A stretch of DNA of 32,000 nt from Candidatus Methylomirabilis oxygeniifera (GTDB lineage Bacteria; Methylomirabilota; Methylomirabilia; Methylomirabilales; Methylomirabilaceae), in NCBI GenBank assembly GCA_000091165.1, contig FP565575.1, positions 570,001 through 602,000 of the forward strand, in the 5' to 3' direction. Made by a program: the position numbers and the translations under genes. Positions 12,079 through 20,019 of this stretch are shown piece after piece (the stretch's first letter is position 1; each line of letters opens with the position of its first letter). The notes beneath the pieces were generated by a model. It saw only the letters and a list, made by a program, of their open reading frames with translations. It searched no databases and was not told the origin of the DNA.

Positions 12079-13227
12079 GTGTCGGTCATCGGCATCGGAT
12101 GTACGCCGTTCGGGAAGCAGGACGGCGTCGGCATCGTTGACCTGACACTGCAGGCTTGCCGCGAGGCCATGGACGACGCTCACCTTCCTGGAAGACGCAT
12201 CGACGCATTCTACCTCGGCAACTTCGTCTCCGAGACGTTAGTCCATCAAGGGTCGCTGGCCCCGATTATCGCGCATCGGCTTGGTCTTGGTCCGATTCCC
12301 TGTACGAAGGTAGAAGGGGCCTGTGCCTCATCCGGTATTGCGTTCCGCCATGGAGTGCTGCTGATCGCATCGGGCCTGTGCGATATCGTGCTGGTTGCAG
12401 GTGTCGAGAAGATGACCTCTGCGGAGACGGGGGCGGTGACGGAGGCGCTGGCGTCGGCCGGCGACGCCGAGACCGAGATGCGGCTGGGCCTCACCTTTCC
12501 TGGAACCTTCGGAATCATCATGCGACGGCATATGCATCAGTACGGGACGACGCGCGAGCAGGTGGCTATGGTGTCGGTCAAGAATCGGTCCAACGGCAGC
12601 ACCAATCCAAAAGCCCACTTTCAGACGCCGGTGGCCATGGAGGAGATCCTGGAATCGCGGCTGATCTGCGATCCGATTCGACTGTATGACTGCACTCCGA
12701 TTAGCGACGGCGCCGCCGCGGCGGTCCTGTGCGCGACCGATCTGGCGGCTGAGTTCACCGATCGGCCGATCGATGTCATCGGTTCCGGTCACGCCACGGG
12801 TCCCGCGACGCTGTTCGAGATGGCGGACCTGACGACCTTTGAGGCGTCGGTAGCCGCCGGGCAGCAGGCCTACCGACAGGCCGGTCTCGGCCCTCGCGAT
12901 ATCGATGTGGCAGAGGTGCATGATTGCTTTACCATTGCCGAGATCGCGGCCATCGAAGATCTGGGATTCGTGGCAAAAGGGCAGGGGGGACCGGCCATCG
13001 CCGATGGGCTCACGGCGCTTCATGGGGCACTTCCAATCAACCCGAGCGGCGGCCTGCTGAGCAAGGGGCATCCGGTGGGCGCCACTGGTCTCGCCCAGAT
13101 CTATGAGATCGTCGCACAACTCCGTGGAGAGGCGATCAATCAGGTGAAGGATGCGGAGATCGGCCTGGCTCACAACCTCGGCGGGACCGGGGCGGTCAGT
13201 ACGGTCCACATCCTGACGCGGCGATAA
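12079..13227 (+). CDS. Thiolase-fold protein (archaeal/SCP-x-type acetyl-CoA C-acyltransferase-like)
   Basis: 382 aa with active-site Cys context KVEGACASSG and C-terminal GHPVGATGL and NLGGTG. Followed 2 nt later by a DUF35 partner, the usual pairing for this thiolase class. Confidence 0.85.
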   Translation: MSVIGIGCTPFGKQDGVGIVDLTLQACREAMDDAHLPGRRIDAFYLGNFVSETLVHQGSLAPIIAHRLGLGPIPCTKVEGACASSGIAFRHGVLLIASGLCDIVLVAGVEKMTSAETGAVTEALASAGDAETEMRLGLTFPGTFGIIMRRHMHQYGTTREQVAMVSVKNRSNGSTNPKAHFQTPVAMEEILESRLICDPIRLYDCTPISDGAAAAVLCATDLAAEFTDRPIDVIGSGHATGPATLFEMADLTTFEASVAAGQQAYRQAGLGPRDIDVAEVHDCFTIAEIAAIEDLGFVAKGQGGPAIADGLTALHGALPINPSGGLLSKGHPVGATGLAQIYEIVAQLRGEAINQVKDAEIGLAHNLGGTGAVSTVHILTRR

Positions 13228-13229
13228 GG

Positions 13230-13553
13230 ATGGCCTCATTCGAGGCGTTTGCGTGCGGCGGCTGCAAGAGTCTGTTTGCGAGGCGTCACATCTGCTGTCG
13301 GCGCTGCGGGACGCCTACCGTCCTGCCGATCAGCTTGTCTGGTCGAGGGACGCTCACCTCCTTTACGACTATTCGGGTGCCGCCGACTGTCTTCCTGGGA
13401 CAGGATCCGTACGACATCGCGGTCATCGATCTGGATGAAGGGCTGCGGGTCACAGCCCGCCTTATGGTCCCGGAAGGACGAGAGGCGGCGATCGGCGATC
13501 CGGCGATCTTTGACGAGATGCTTTCGTATGGGCCGGTCTTTCGGCTGATCTAG
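13230..13553 (+). CDS. DUF35 Zn-ribbon/OB-fold protein (thiolase scaffold partner)
   Basis: 107 aa. CGGC...CCRRCG four-Cys ribbon followed by an OB-fold-like segment LTSFTTIRVPP...VIDLDEGLRVTARL. Confidence 0.8.
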   Translation: MASFEAFACGGCKSLFARRHICCRRCGTPTVLPISLSGRGTLTSFTTIRVPPTVFLGQDPYDIAVIDLDEGLRVTARLMVPEGREAAIGDPAIFDEMLSYGPVFRLI

Positions 13554-13555
13554 GA

Positions 13556-14389
13556 ATGGGAATGGACGACAGCATACTGACAATGGCGGGTATCCAGATG
13601 GGTGGGGGACCTGATCCCGGAGCCAATCTGGAAAGAGCGATAGAGCTGGGAAAGATTGCTGCCCAGCGGGGAGCGAAGATCATCTGTTTGTCGGAGTGCT
13701 TTGCCTGGCCCTGGTTCCCCAGTGAGATCGACCCGGCGCAGTTCGCGACTGCCGAGTCGGTTCCTGGACCACTCAGCGAGACGGTTGCCGCATTTGCGAG
13801 GGATCACCAGGTGGCTGTCGTCGCGCCGATCTTCGAGCGCGGGACCGACGGAGCCTACTATAATACGGCCCTCGTGTTTGACGCCGATGGGACCCTGCTG
13901 GGTCAATACCGAAAAAATCATCTCCCGCAACTCCCAAACTATCAGGAGCGATTCTATTTCCAACCCGGGAACCAGGGATTCCCCGTGTTCCATACCCGAT
14001 ACGCTGTGATCGGCGTCCAGATGTCATGGGATAATTTCTTTCCTGAGGGGTCGCGTCTACTTGCGCTCCAGGGCGCCGAGGTGATCTGCGCGCCAACCTC
14101 CGCCTCGATCGTTGCGTCACACGCTAAATGGGAGCGGGCGCTTGTTGGGAGCGCGGTCTACAACGGCGTATTTGTGTTTCGGGTCAACCGTGTGGCGGGA
14201 GGCGGTGCATTGCCGTTCTATGGGAAGAGCTTTTGCGTCGATCCCAACGGCGACTTTGTGGCGGATCCGAGTGGCGCCGACGAGGGGGTCGTTCTGGCGG
14301 AGATCGACCTGAGGTGGGTCAAGACCGTCAGGGGGATCTGGCCGTTCCTCCAGGAGCGTCGGCCCGAGATCTACACCGGACTGACCTAG
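13556..14389 (+). CDS. Carbon-nitrogen hydrolase (nitrilase superfamily) homolog with Ser in place of the nucleophile Cys
   Basis: 277 aa. Glu context ICLSECF (E47) and Lys context YRKNHLP (K120). The position normally reading C[WY]D..[FY]PE reads QMSWDNFFPE, with the Ser157 codon TCA at 14024-14026. The start lies 2 nt after the DUF35 stop. Confidence 0.8.
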   Translation: MGMDDSILTMAGIQMGGGPDPGANLERAIELGKIAAQRGAKIICLSECFAWPWFPSEIDPAQFATAESVPGPLSETVAAFARDHQVAVVAPIFERGTDGAYYNTALVFDADGTLLGQYRKNHLPQLPNYQERFYFQPGNQGFPVFHTRYAVIGVQMSWDNFFPEGSRLLALQGAEVICAPTSASIVASHAKWERALVGSAVYNGVFVFRVNRVAGGGALPFYGKSFCVDPNGDFVADPSGADEGVVLAEIDLRWVKTVRGIWPFLQERRPEIYTGLT

Positions 14390-14505
14390 GGGAAGTTGTG
14401 AGTTGTGGGTTTTCCATTTCGAGGTGGGAAGCTCTTCCGCAAATGTCACACTCCAAACTCGAAACCTGATCATCTTCATCTCGATAGATAACGTCAGGAG
14501 GAACA

Positions 14506-15858
14506 ATGGCCTTAATCGCGCCCTTCAGAGGATTACGATACAATCCTGAGTTGATAAGTGACCTGAGCCTGGTGATGGCGCCGCCCTACGATGTGATTTC
14601 ACCGGAAGGGCAGCAAACCTTTCATGCCCGCCATACCCACAACGTGATCCGCCTGATTCTTGGTGAGACACTGGCGGAAGACGACGCGGTACGAAACCAA
14701 TATAGTCGTGCCGGCGACTATTTCCGCCGATGGCAGGCCGAGCAGGTACTGGTTCGTGATGCTGCGCCCACCTTATACCTCTACCAGCAGACGTTTCGTC
14801 TCCCTGGTGTCGGGGAACTCGCACGATCCGGTCTGATCGGACTGGTTCGTCTGGAAGAGTTCGGCAGTCGTACGGTCTTCCCTCATGAACGAACAATGGG
14901 AGCCGCCAAGGCGGACCGACTTCGCCTGATGCAGGCCTGTCACGCGAATTTAAGTTCAGTCTTTGGTATCTACCCCGGTCGCTTTCTCGAACTGGATCGA
15001 CTGGCGGCTGCCGCCATGGGGTCCACGCCGATTATTGATCTCCGCGATTGGGATGGCATTCATCATCGAATCTGGATGTGTCAGGATCATGCGGCGATCG
15101 GAAGACTTCAGGCGGAGTGCGCATCGACGCCGCTCTTTATCGCAGACGGTCATCATCGGTATGAGACGGCGCTGGCGTTTCGCGATCTCATGCGGGCGAA
15201 GGAGGCTGGTGATCCCGCCCACACGCAGAGACGGCCTTATAACTACGTCATGATGACGCTCGTCAGCGCCGAAGACCACGGCCTGGTCATTCTTCCGATC
15301 CATCGGGTCATGAGACACCTCCCGGGTGGCAGTCTGGATGGATATCTGGCCCAGCTCGGTCGACAATTCGCCGTGGAGAGCCTCACTGTTTCCCGTGACC
15401 CTCAGGCTACGGCGTCGGTTCTGCTGGACCGTCTCCGACAGACTACGGAGGGGATGCACTGTTTTGGTCTCTACGGTGGAGAGGATCGCGCCTATCTTCT
15501 GACGCTCACCGATGAACGGGTCCTGGAGGCGGGGGATGACAAGCCGCCAGTGTACAGACGGCTGGATGTCACCATCGCGCACACGTGTCTCATTGAGGGG
15601 CCGTGGTCACGGCATGGGTTGGGTGATCTTTCAGATGACGGGCTCAGTTACCATCATGATGCCGCGGAGGCGGTCCGGATGGTCCAGAAAGATGGGTGGG
15701 CAGCGGCTATTTTGCTTAATCCAACGAAAATTACTCAGGTTCAGGCGGTGGCCGAGGCCGGTCTGCGGATGCCGCCTAAGTCAACCTTTTTCTACCCCAA
15801 ACTCCTTACCGGCCTGGTCATTCATCCCATCGTAACCGATGAGGTGATCGAGGCGTAG
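14506..15858 (+). CDS. DUF1015 family protein (function unknown)
   Basis: 450 aa. The N-terminus MALIAPFRGLRYNPE...MAPPYDVISPE and the later FIADGHHRYETA are characteristic of DUF1015. AGGAGG SD 5 nt upstream. Confidence 0.85.
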   Translation: MALIAPFRGLRYNPELISDLSLVMAPPYDVISPEGQQTFHARHTHNVIRLILGETLAEDDAVRNQYSRAGDYFRRWQAEQVLVRDAAPTLYLYQQTFRLPGVGELARSGLIGLVRLEEFGSRTVFPHERTMGAAKADRLRLMQACHANLSSVFGIYPGRFLELDRLAAAAMGSTPIIDLRDWDGIHHRIWMCQDHAAIGRLQAECASTPLFIADGHHRYETALAFRDLMRAKEAGDPAHTQRRPYNYVMMTLVSAEDHGLVILPIHRVMRHLPGGSLDGYLAQLGRQFAVESLTVSRDPQATASVLLDRLRQTTEGMHCFGLYGGEDRAYLLTLTDERVLEAGDDKPPVYRRLDVTIAHTCLIEGPWSRHGLGDLSDDGLSYHHDAAEAVRMVQKDGWAAAILLNPTKITQVQAVAEAGLRMPPKSTFFYPKLLTGLVIHPIVTDEVIEA

Positions 15859-15913
15859 CGCGCAATAGCGTGGGATCCGTAGTGAGTCGGTGATATCGTA
15901 TTCAGCAGGTGAG

Positions 15914-15932
15914 ACCTCGGACACGCCGAGGT
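15914..15932. terminator. Possible bidirectional hairpin between convergent genes
   Basis: Perfect 7-bp stem acctcgg/ccgaggt with loop acacg. No clear U-tract on either strand. Confidence 0.3.
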
Positions 15933-15943
15933 TAGGCACAGGC

Positions 15944-16150
15944 TCACCCGCCTGGCGCACAACCCCCGCCTCCGCCGCCTGTCGTGCCGGAGACGACAGA
16001 TCCCTGCTCCCCTTTAAAGCTGAAGGCGGAAAACTGTTTTTCCACAGCCGCCCCAGGGCAGTGCGGGCATTCTACGACGGCATCGCGGCTTAGGACGAGC
16101 TTTTCAAACACCTGGCCGCAGTGTGAACACAGATACTCATAGATAGGCAT
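15944..16150 (-). CDS. FmdB-family zinc-ribbon protein (CxxC...CxxC)
   Basis: MPIYEYLCSHCGQVFE...VECPHCPG with a Gly-rich C-terminal tail. GGAGGG SD upstream. Confidence 0.85.
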   Translation of the reverse strand: MPIYEYLCSHCGQVFEKLVLSRDAVVECPHCPGAAVEKQFSAFSFKGEQGSVVSGTTGGGGGGCAPGG

Positions 16151-16170
16151 ACCGACACTACCCTCCGGGT

Positions 16171-16368
16171 TTATTCTCCGCCGCGCTGGACGTAGCTCTT
16201 GACAAACTCCTCGGCGTTTTCCTCGAGGACCTCATCGATCTCATCCATAAGTTTGTCAAGGTCCTCCTTGAGCTTCTTCCCCTTCTTTACGGTTTCGGGA
16301 TTCGGCTCAGCCGCCTCAGGTGGGCCGGCGCCGGCCTCGCGCTTTTGCTTGCGTTCCTGCTCTGCCAT
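16171..16368 (-). CDS. pup: Prokaryotic ubiquitin-like protein (Pup/UBact family), C-terminal GGE
   Basis: 65 aa. Disordered charged N-terminal half. The C-terminal half KLKEDLDKLMDEIDEVLEENAEEFVKSYVQRGGE closely parallels the mycobacterial Pup C-terminus as I recall it (LLDEIDDVLEENAEDFVRAYVQKGGQ). AAGGAG SD 5 nt upstream of the ATG. Confidence 0.85.
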   Translation of the reverse strand: MAEQERKQKREAGAGPPEAAEPNPETVKKGKKLKEDLDKLMDEIDEVLEENAEEFVKSYVQRGGE

Positions 16369-16388
16369 GTCTCACTCCTTCATCCGTC

Positions 16389-16901
16389 TCACCGAGCCGC
16401 CTGCCAGACGAGGTGTTGTACCTCCGGTACCAGGAGTTTCGTCAGGGCGAGACGGACGGCGTGCTCTGAACCCGGCAGACACACGATCACCTTTCCTTTT
16501 GCCGTCCCGCATAGCGCGCGACTCATCAGCGCAGCGCTCCCAACCTCCTGGAAGCTGAGACTTCGGAACAGCTCGCCAAAGCCCGGCAACATCTTATCCA
16601 AAATAGGGCTGATCGCTTCAATCGTCTGATCTCTCTTGGTGAGCCCGGTCCCTCCTGTGATGACGATCAGATCAACCTCATCTTCACACAGCTTCTTGAC
16701 GACCTCTCTCAGGCCTTTTGGATCGTTCTTCAGGATCATTGCGGCCACCTGGCTATGACCGGCTTCATTGAGCAGCGATTCAATAAGTCGGCCTGAGTGG
16801 TCGTCTTCCGACTTACGACTATCGGTGATGCTGAGCCTTACGTATCGGACCGGTCCGACCTTCTTGGACTCTGCGTGATGATCGTGAACACCCATGGGCA
16901 C
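16389..16901 (-). CDS. moaB: Molybdenum cofactor biosynthesis protein B (MoaB/MogA family)
   Basis: VITGGTGLTKRDQTIEA, GFGELFRSLSFQEVGSAALMSRA and CLPGS motifs. The start is either GTG 16901 or ATG 16895. Confidence 0.9.
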   Translation of the reverse strand: MPMGVHDHHAESKKVGPVRYVRLSITDSRKSEDDHSGRLIESLLNEAGHSQVAAMILKNDPKGLREVVKKLCEDEVDLIVITGGTGLTKRDQTIEAISPILDKMLPGFGELFRSLSFQEVGSAALMSRALCGTAKGKVIVCLPGSEHAVRLALTKLLVPEVQHLVWQAAR

Positions 16902-17002
16902 CTCGATGTGTTGTGGGCTCTCTCCCGCCCGGCATCGTTTCTATGGTGTATGATAATAGAAGACGCCATGTCGGTCAATGCGGCCGGCCGCAATCAGTTG
17001 CT

Positions 17003-17557
17003 TTATGTTGCGTGCGACCGGATCAACTGCATGAACTCGTTTCGGCTCTCGATCCGCTCGCGGAAGACCCCGTGCATCGATGAGGTCACAGCCTTACTAT
17101 TCTGTTTTTCTACGCCGCGCATCATCATGCAGAGGTGTTGGGCTTCCATGACGACGGCCACTCCCTTTGGTCGCAGGGCCTCCAGAAGCGCATTGGCGAT
17201 CTGTGAGGTCAGACGCTCCTGCACCTGGAGTCGGCGACTATACATCTCAACCAGCCGAACCAGCTTGCTCAAACCGACGATCCTGCCGTCCGGCAGATAG
17301 CCGACGTGGCACTTGCCAAAAAAGGGCAGGAGATGATGTTCGCACAACGAGAAGAAATCGATGTCCTTGACCAGGACGATCTCGTCATAGTTGTCCTGGA
17401 AGACCGCCTCGTTCAGAACATTATTGACCTGTTTATCGTATCCGGACGTGAGGAAGGCGAACATCCGCTCTACCCGCTCCGGGGTCTTGACCAATCCTTC
17501 CCGATCGGGATCCTCGCCGATCTCCTTCAGCAGATCCCTAACCAACCGCTCGATCAT
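17003..17557 (-). CDS. folE: GTP cyclohydrolase I
   Basis: 184 aa from ATG 17557. [31 protein letters not shown] and HLCMMMRGV motifs. The 69-codon upstream extension in the ORF track has no FolE similarity. Confidence 0.93.
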   Translation of the reverse strand: MIERLVRDLLKEIGEDPDREGLVKTPERVERMFAFLTSGYDKQVNNVLNEAVFQDNYDEIVLVKDIDFFSLCEHHLLPFFGKCHVGYLPDGRIVGLSKLVRLVEMYSRRLQVQERLTSQIANALLEALRPKGVAVVMEAQHLCMMMRGVEKQNSKAVTSSMHGVFRERIESRNEFMQLIRSHAT

Positions 17558-17624
17558 GCGTATATTCCTTATCGCGACAACATGAGTGACGCCGAATCGT
17601 AAACGCGTTGAGGCTCTTGGTAAA

Positions 17625-17653
17625 AGTGTAAATGAGCAGACCGGGATGTGCAA
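17625..17653 (-). promoter_or_regulatory. Putative sigma70 promoter for folE
   Basis: On the minus strand: TTGCAC (17653-17648), 17-nt spacer, TACACT (17630-17625). About 65 nt upstream of the folE ATG. Confidence 0.35.
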
Positions 17654-17974
17654 GGAAAACCTCTGTTGCGCAAACGAGCAGGGCGCGGCCCACTGGAATC
17701 GCCATCGAAGAAAGGGCAGGGAAAATGGTTTTGGACGCTTTTTCCCATACCCTATATCCTCCACCCTACACTCCGGATCACGGAGGTGCCGGTGAGTCGT
17801 GTGGTTGCTGACGGGCCTTGCATGCGCAGTGAGAGGCTTGACCGGTTACTTGGTCGGATCGGGCCGGGTAGCATGCCTGCTGGCCGGAGTACTTGAGGGA
17901 TGAGAGGGGCGGGTCTCGATGTTGCTTCGCTCGCCAGAGCGAGATCTGTGCAGATAATGTATCTGCTGTTCCTG

Positions 17975-18577
17975 TTACGGCGCAGGAGCGGTCTGTCCTT
18001 CCAACGTGAGCCTCCGCAATGCGGATTCGGCCTGCGCCCGTGCCTTACGGGCCTCGCTCCTGACGGCTTCCTTGGCGCCGAGTTCGCCAAACAGGTGCTC
18101 TCGCGTCGAGGTAAAGCTTCGATCGACATTGGTGTTGAAGGTATCGACGATCTGCGCTTTGATCGTGGTGATCTCACGATCGGATTTCACTTCTATCGCC
18201 TTGGTTCCCGCCACCTTCGCCTGATACTGCGCTTTCTCTGCGAGCAAGCTGACCGCTTCCCCTGAGGTCCTGGCGCTGAACAGATGAGCGCCCTTCTCCT
18301 GTGTCGCAGACCTGAAGAGTTTCGCCTCATCCTTGGCCTGCGCCAAATATTCCAGGGCCAATGAGAACTCCTCCGGCGCATAGATCTCCGCCTCGAAGTC
18401 TCTCGCCTCCAGAATGGCTTTGTCCGCCTCCTCCAGCGCCTTCATGAAGACGATCTCTTGCGCATCGGCCAAGTCTGTTCTGAGCAGAACCGAAGGGCCC
18501 GCCCAAAGCGTAAACGACACCAGCGCGATCATGATAGCTACAATCAGGCCCGGAACAGTTCGCCTGTGCTCTCTCAT
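17975..18577 (-). CDS. Hypothetical membrane-anchored or exported alpha-helical protein
   Basis: 200 aa. The N-terminal basic stretch plus hydrophobic helix (GLIVAIMIALVSFTLWA) is followed by an Ala/Glu/Lys-rich helical region. The ATG overlaps the pfp stop (ATGA). No family is recognised with confidence. Confidence 0.6.
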   Translation of the reverse strand: MREHRRTVPGLIVAIMIALVSFTLWAGPSVLLRTDLADAQEIVFMKALEEADKAILEARDFEAEIYAPEEFSLALEYLAQAKDEAKLFRSATQEKGAHLFSARTSGEAVSLLAEKAQYQAKVAGTKAIEVKSDREITTIKAQIVDTFNTNVDRSFTSTREHLFGELGAKEAVRSEARKARAQAESALRRLTLEGQTAPAP

Positions 18578-19824
18578 TGCGATGACCCTTTCGTGCGTTC
18601 GCCGAGATACCTGAATCGGTTCGTAAATGCCGTCGGCTCCAGATGGCCGTCACGCGCCAGCGCCTCGATCTGCCCCGACGTCTCAAAATCCTGGAACTCC
18701 AGGCGAATCATATAGGCCCGAAGCGTCTGATACGACTCGGAGTCGATATCAACGTAACGGACGCGGATCTTCCCTGTCCGATGATCCAACATCTTCTGAA
18801 ACGGGATCGGGACCATCTTCCCTCCCTGGATAGTCACCATGGCTTCCGTCTGACCGTCCAACAGGAAACGGGTCGCCCAATAGCCAAGACTGCGACAATA
18901 CTGGATATCCAACGCACCCGGGGGAGCACAGCGGAGTTCATAACCGATATCTTTCGCCACGATCGTGACATCGATGCCTCTCGCCCGAAGACTTTCGGCA
19001 ACTCGCTCTTTCAGTACTCGTCCGAGCACAAGCTCCGAAAGCCGGACATTCCCATAACCGTCCTGTTCTACCGAGCCGAACTCGGCAGGATCCAGTTTAT
19101 CGGCCAGCCCTTCGCTCAGAATGGCCACGCCATGTCCCTTCCCTGACGTGCGTCGCTTGATGACTGCTCCTTCCAGGATATCAACCAGTGTCTGAAGAGG
19201 GATCCTCGGCTCCGAAAATTCCTCTCCGATCACCGTGAGTGTGGCGCCGGCGGCGCCTCCAATCCCAAGCGCCAGATGGCCGGCCCGTCGCCCCATCACC
19301 GTGATGAAAAACCATCGGTCCGTTGTTTCTGCATCGTCCATCAGATTCTGGACGATTTCCTTGCCCAGATTGCAGGCCGTGGTAAAACCAAACGTCGCGA
19401 CTTCCTGCGGAAGCGGGAGATCGTTATCGATCGTTTTCGGTACATGCGCGACAGCGATCCGACCCTTCACCGCGTCCGACAGTCGATACGACGCGAAGGC
19501 AGTGTCGTCGCCCCCGATCGTCAACAGGCCTGAGACCTCCAGTTTCTCCAGCGCCTCGATCGTATTTCTGAGCGTCTCCTGGGATTTGGTCGGGTTCGTC
19601 CTGGACGTCCGAAGGATGGACCCGCCCTCGAAATGGATCCGGGATATCCCGTCGATTTCGAGCTCTATCACGTGGCCGGTATCGCCTCGCGCAAGCCACT
19701 TGAACCCATCGTAGAAGCCGAGGACGCGTACCCCATGGTTGCGGGCCTCGATGGTTGCCGCCGCAATCACGCCGTTAATACCAGGCGCGGGGCCGCCTCC
19801 GACCAACATGGCAAGCGTTTTCAT
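18574..19824 (-). CDS. pfp: 6-phosphofructokinase, pyrophosphate-dependent type
   Basis: 416 aa. GGGPAPGINGVI, TIGGDDTAF and HVPKTIDNDL motifs. The Asp in GGDD and the Lys in PKTIDND are the residues that distinguish PPi-PFKs from ATP-PFKs (GGDG and PGTIDND). Confidence 0.88.
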   Translation of the reverse strand: MKTLAMLVGGGPAPGINGVIAAATIEARNHGVRVLGFYDGFKWLARGDTGHVIELEIDGISRIHFEGGSILRTSRTNPTKSQETLRNTIEALEKLEVSGLLTIGGDDTAFASYRLSDAVKGRIAVAHVPKTIDNDLPLPQEVATFGFTTACNLGKEIVQNLMDDAETTDRWFFITVMGRRAGHLALGIGGAAGATLTVIGEEFSEPRIPLQTLVDILEGAVIKRRTSGKGHGVAILSEGLADKLDPAEFGSVEQDGYGNVRLSELVLGRVLKERVAESLRARGIDVTIVAKDIGYELRCAPPGALDIQYCRSLGYWATRFLLDGQTEAMVTIQGGKMVPIPFQKMLDHRTGKIRVRYVDIDSESYQTLRAYMIRLEFQDFETSGQIEALARDGHLEPTAFTNRFRYLGERTKGSSQ

Positions 19825-19842
19825 GAGATTCCCTCGCGATGA

Positions 19843-19877
19843 GAAAGCAGCTTTCAGCGGTCAGTCATCAGCTTGAT
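19843..19877 (-). repeat. Tandem heptanucleotide array (TGANNGC-type on the minus strand)
   Basis: The minus strand reads atcaagc tgatgac tgaccgc tgaaagc tgctttc, ending 18 nt upstream of the pfp ATG. Three consecutive TGAs cover all three frames. Confidence 0.75.
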
Positions 19878-19910
19878 ATCTGGGGAAGAAGGCGGATGAT
19901 GTCCGCAATC

Positions 19911-19985
<75 letters not shown>

Positions 19986-20019
19986 GCCCTCTTCTGTCTA
20001 ACAAAAGCGCTCGCGCTTG

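Noticed and set aside
17558-17764. 69-codon N-terminal extension of folE in the ORF track (start at 17764).
   Set aside because: The extension has no similarity to GTP cyclohydrolase I. The ATG at 17557 gives a normal-length protein of about 184 aa with an AGGA SD, and a plausible promoter lies inside the extension.
17558-17974. 417-bp gap with no gene between folE and the upstream ORF. Considered as a possible folE-associated (THF-type) riboswitch or small RNA.
   Set aside because: I could not identify conserved riboswitch cores or a convincing terminator-flanked structure by eye. The small ORFs in the gap (17586-17795 and 17648-17896) lack SDs and have odd composition. A covariance-model scan is needed before any claim.
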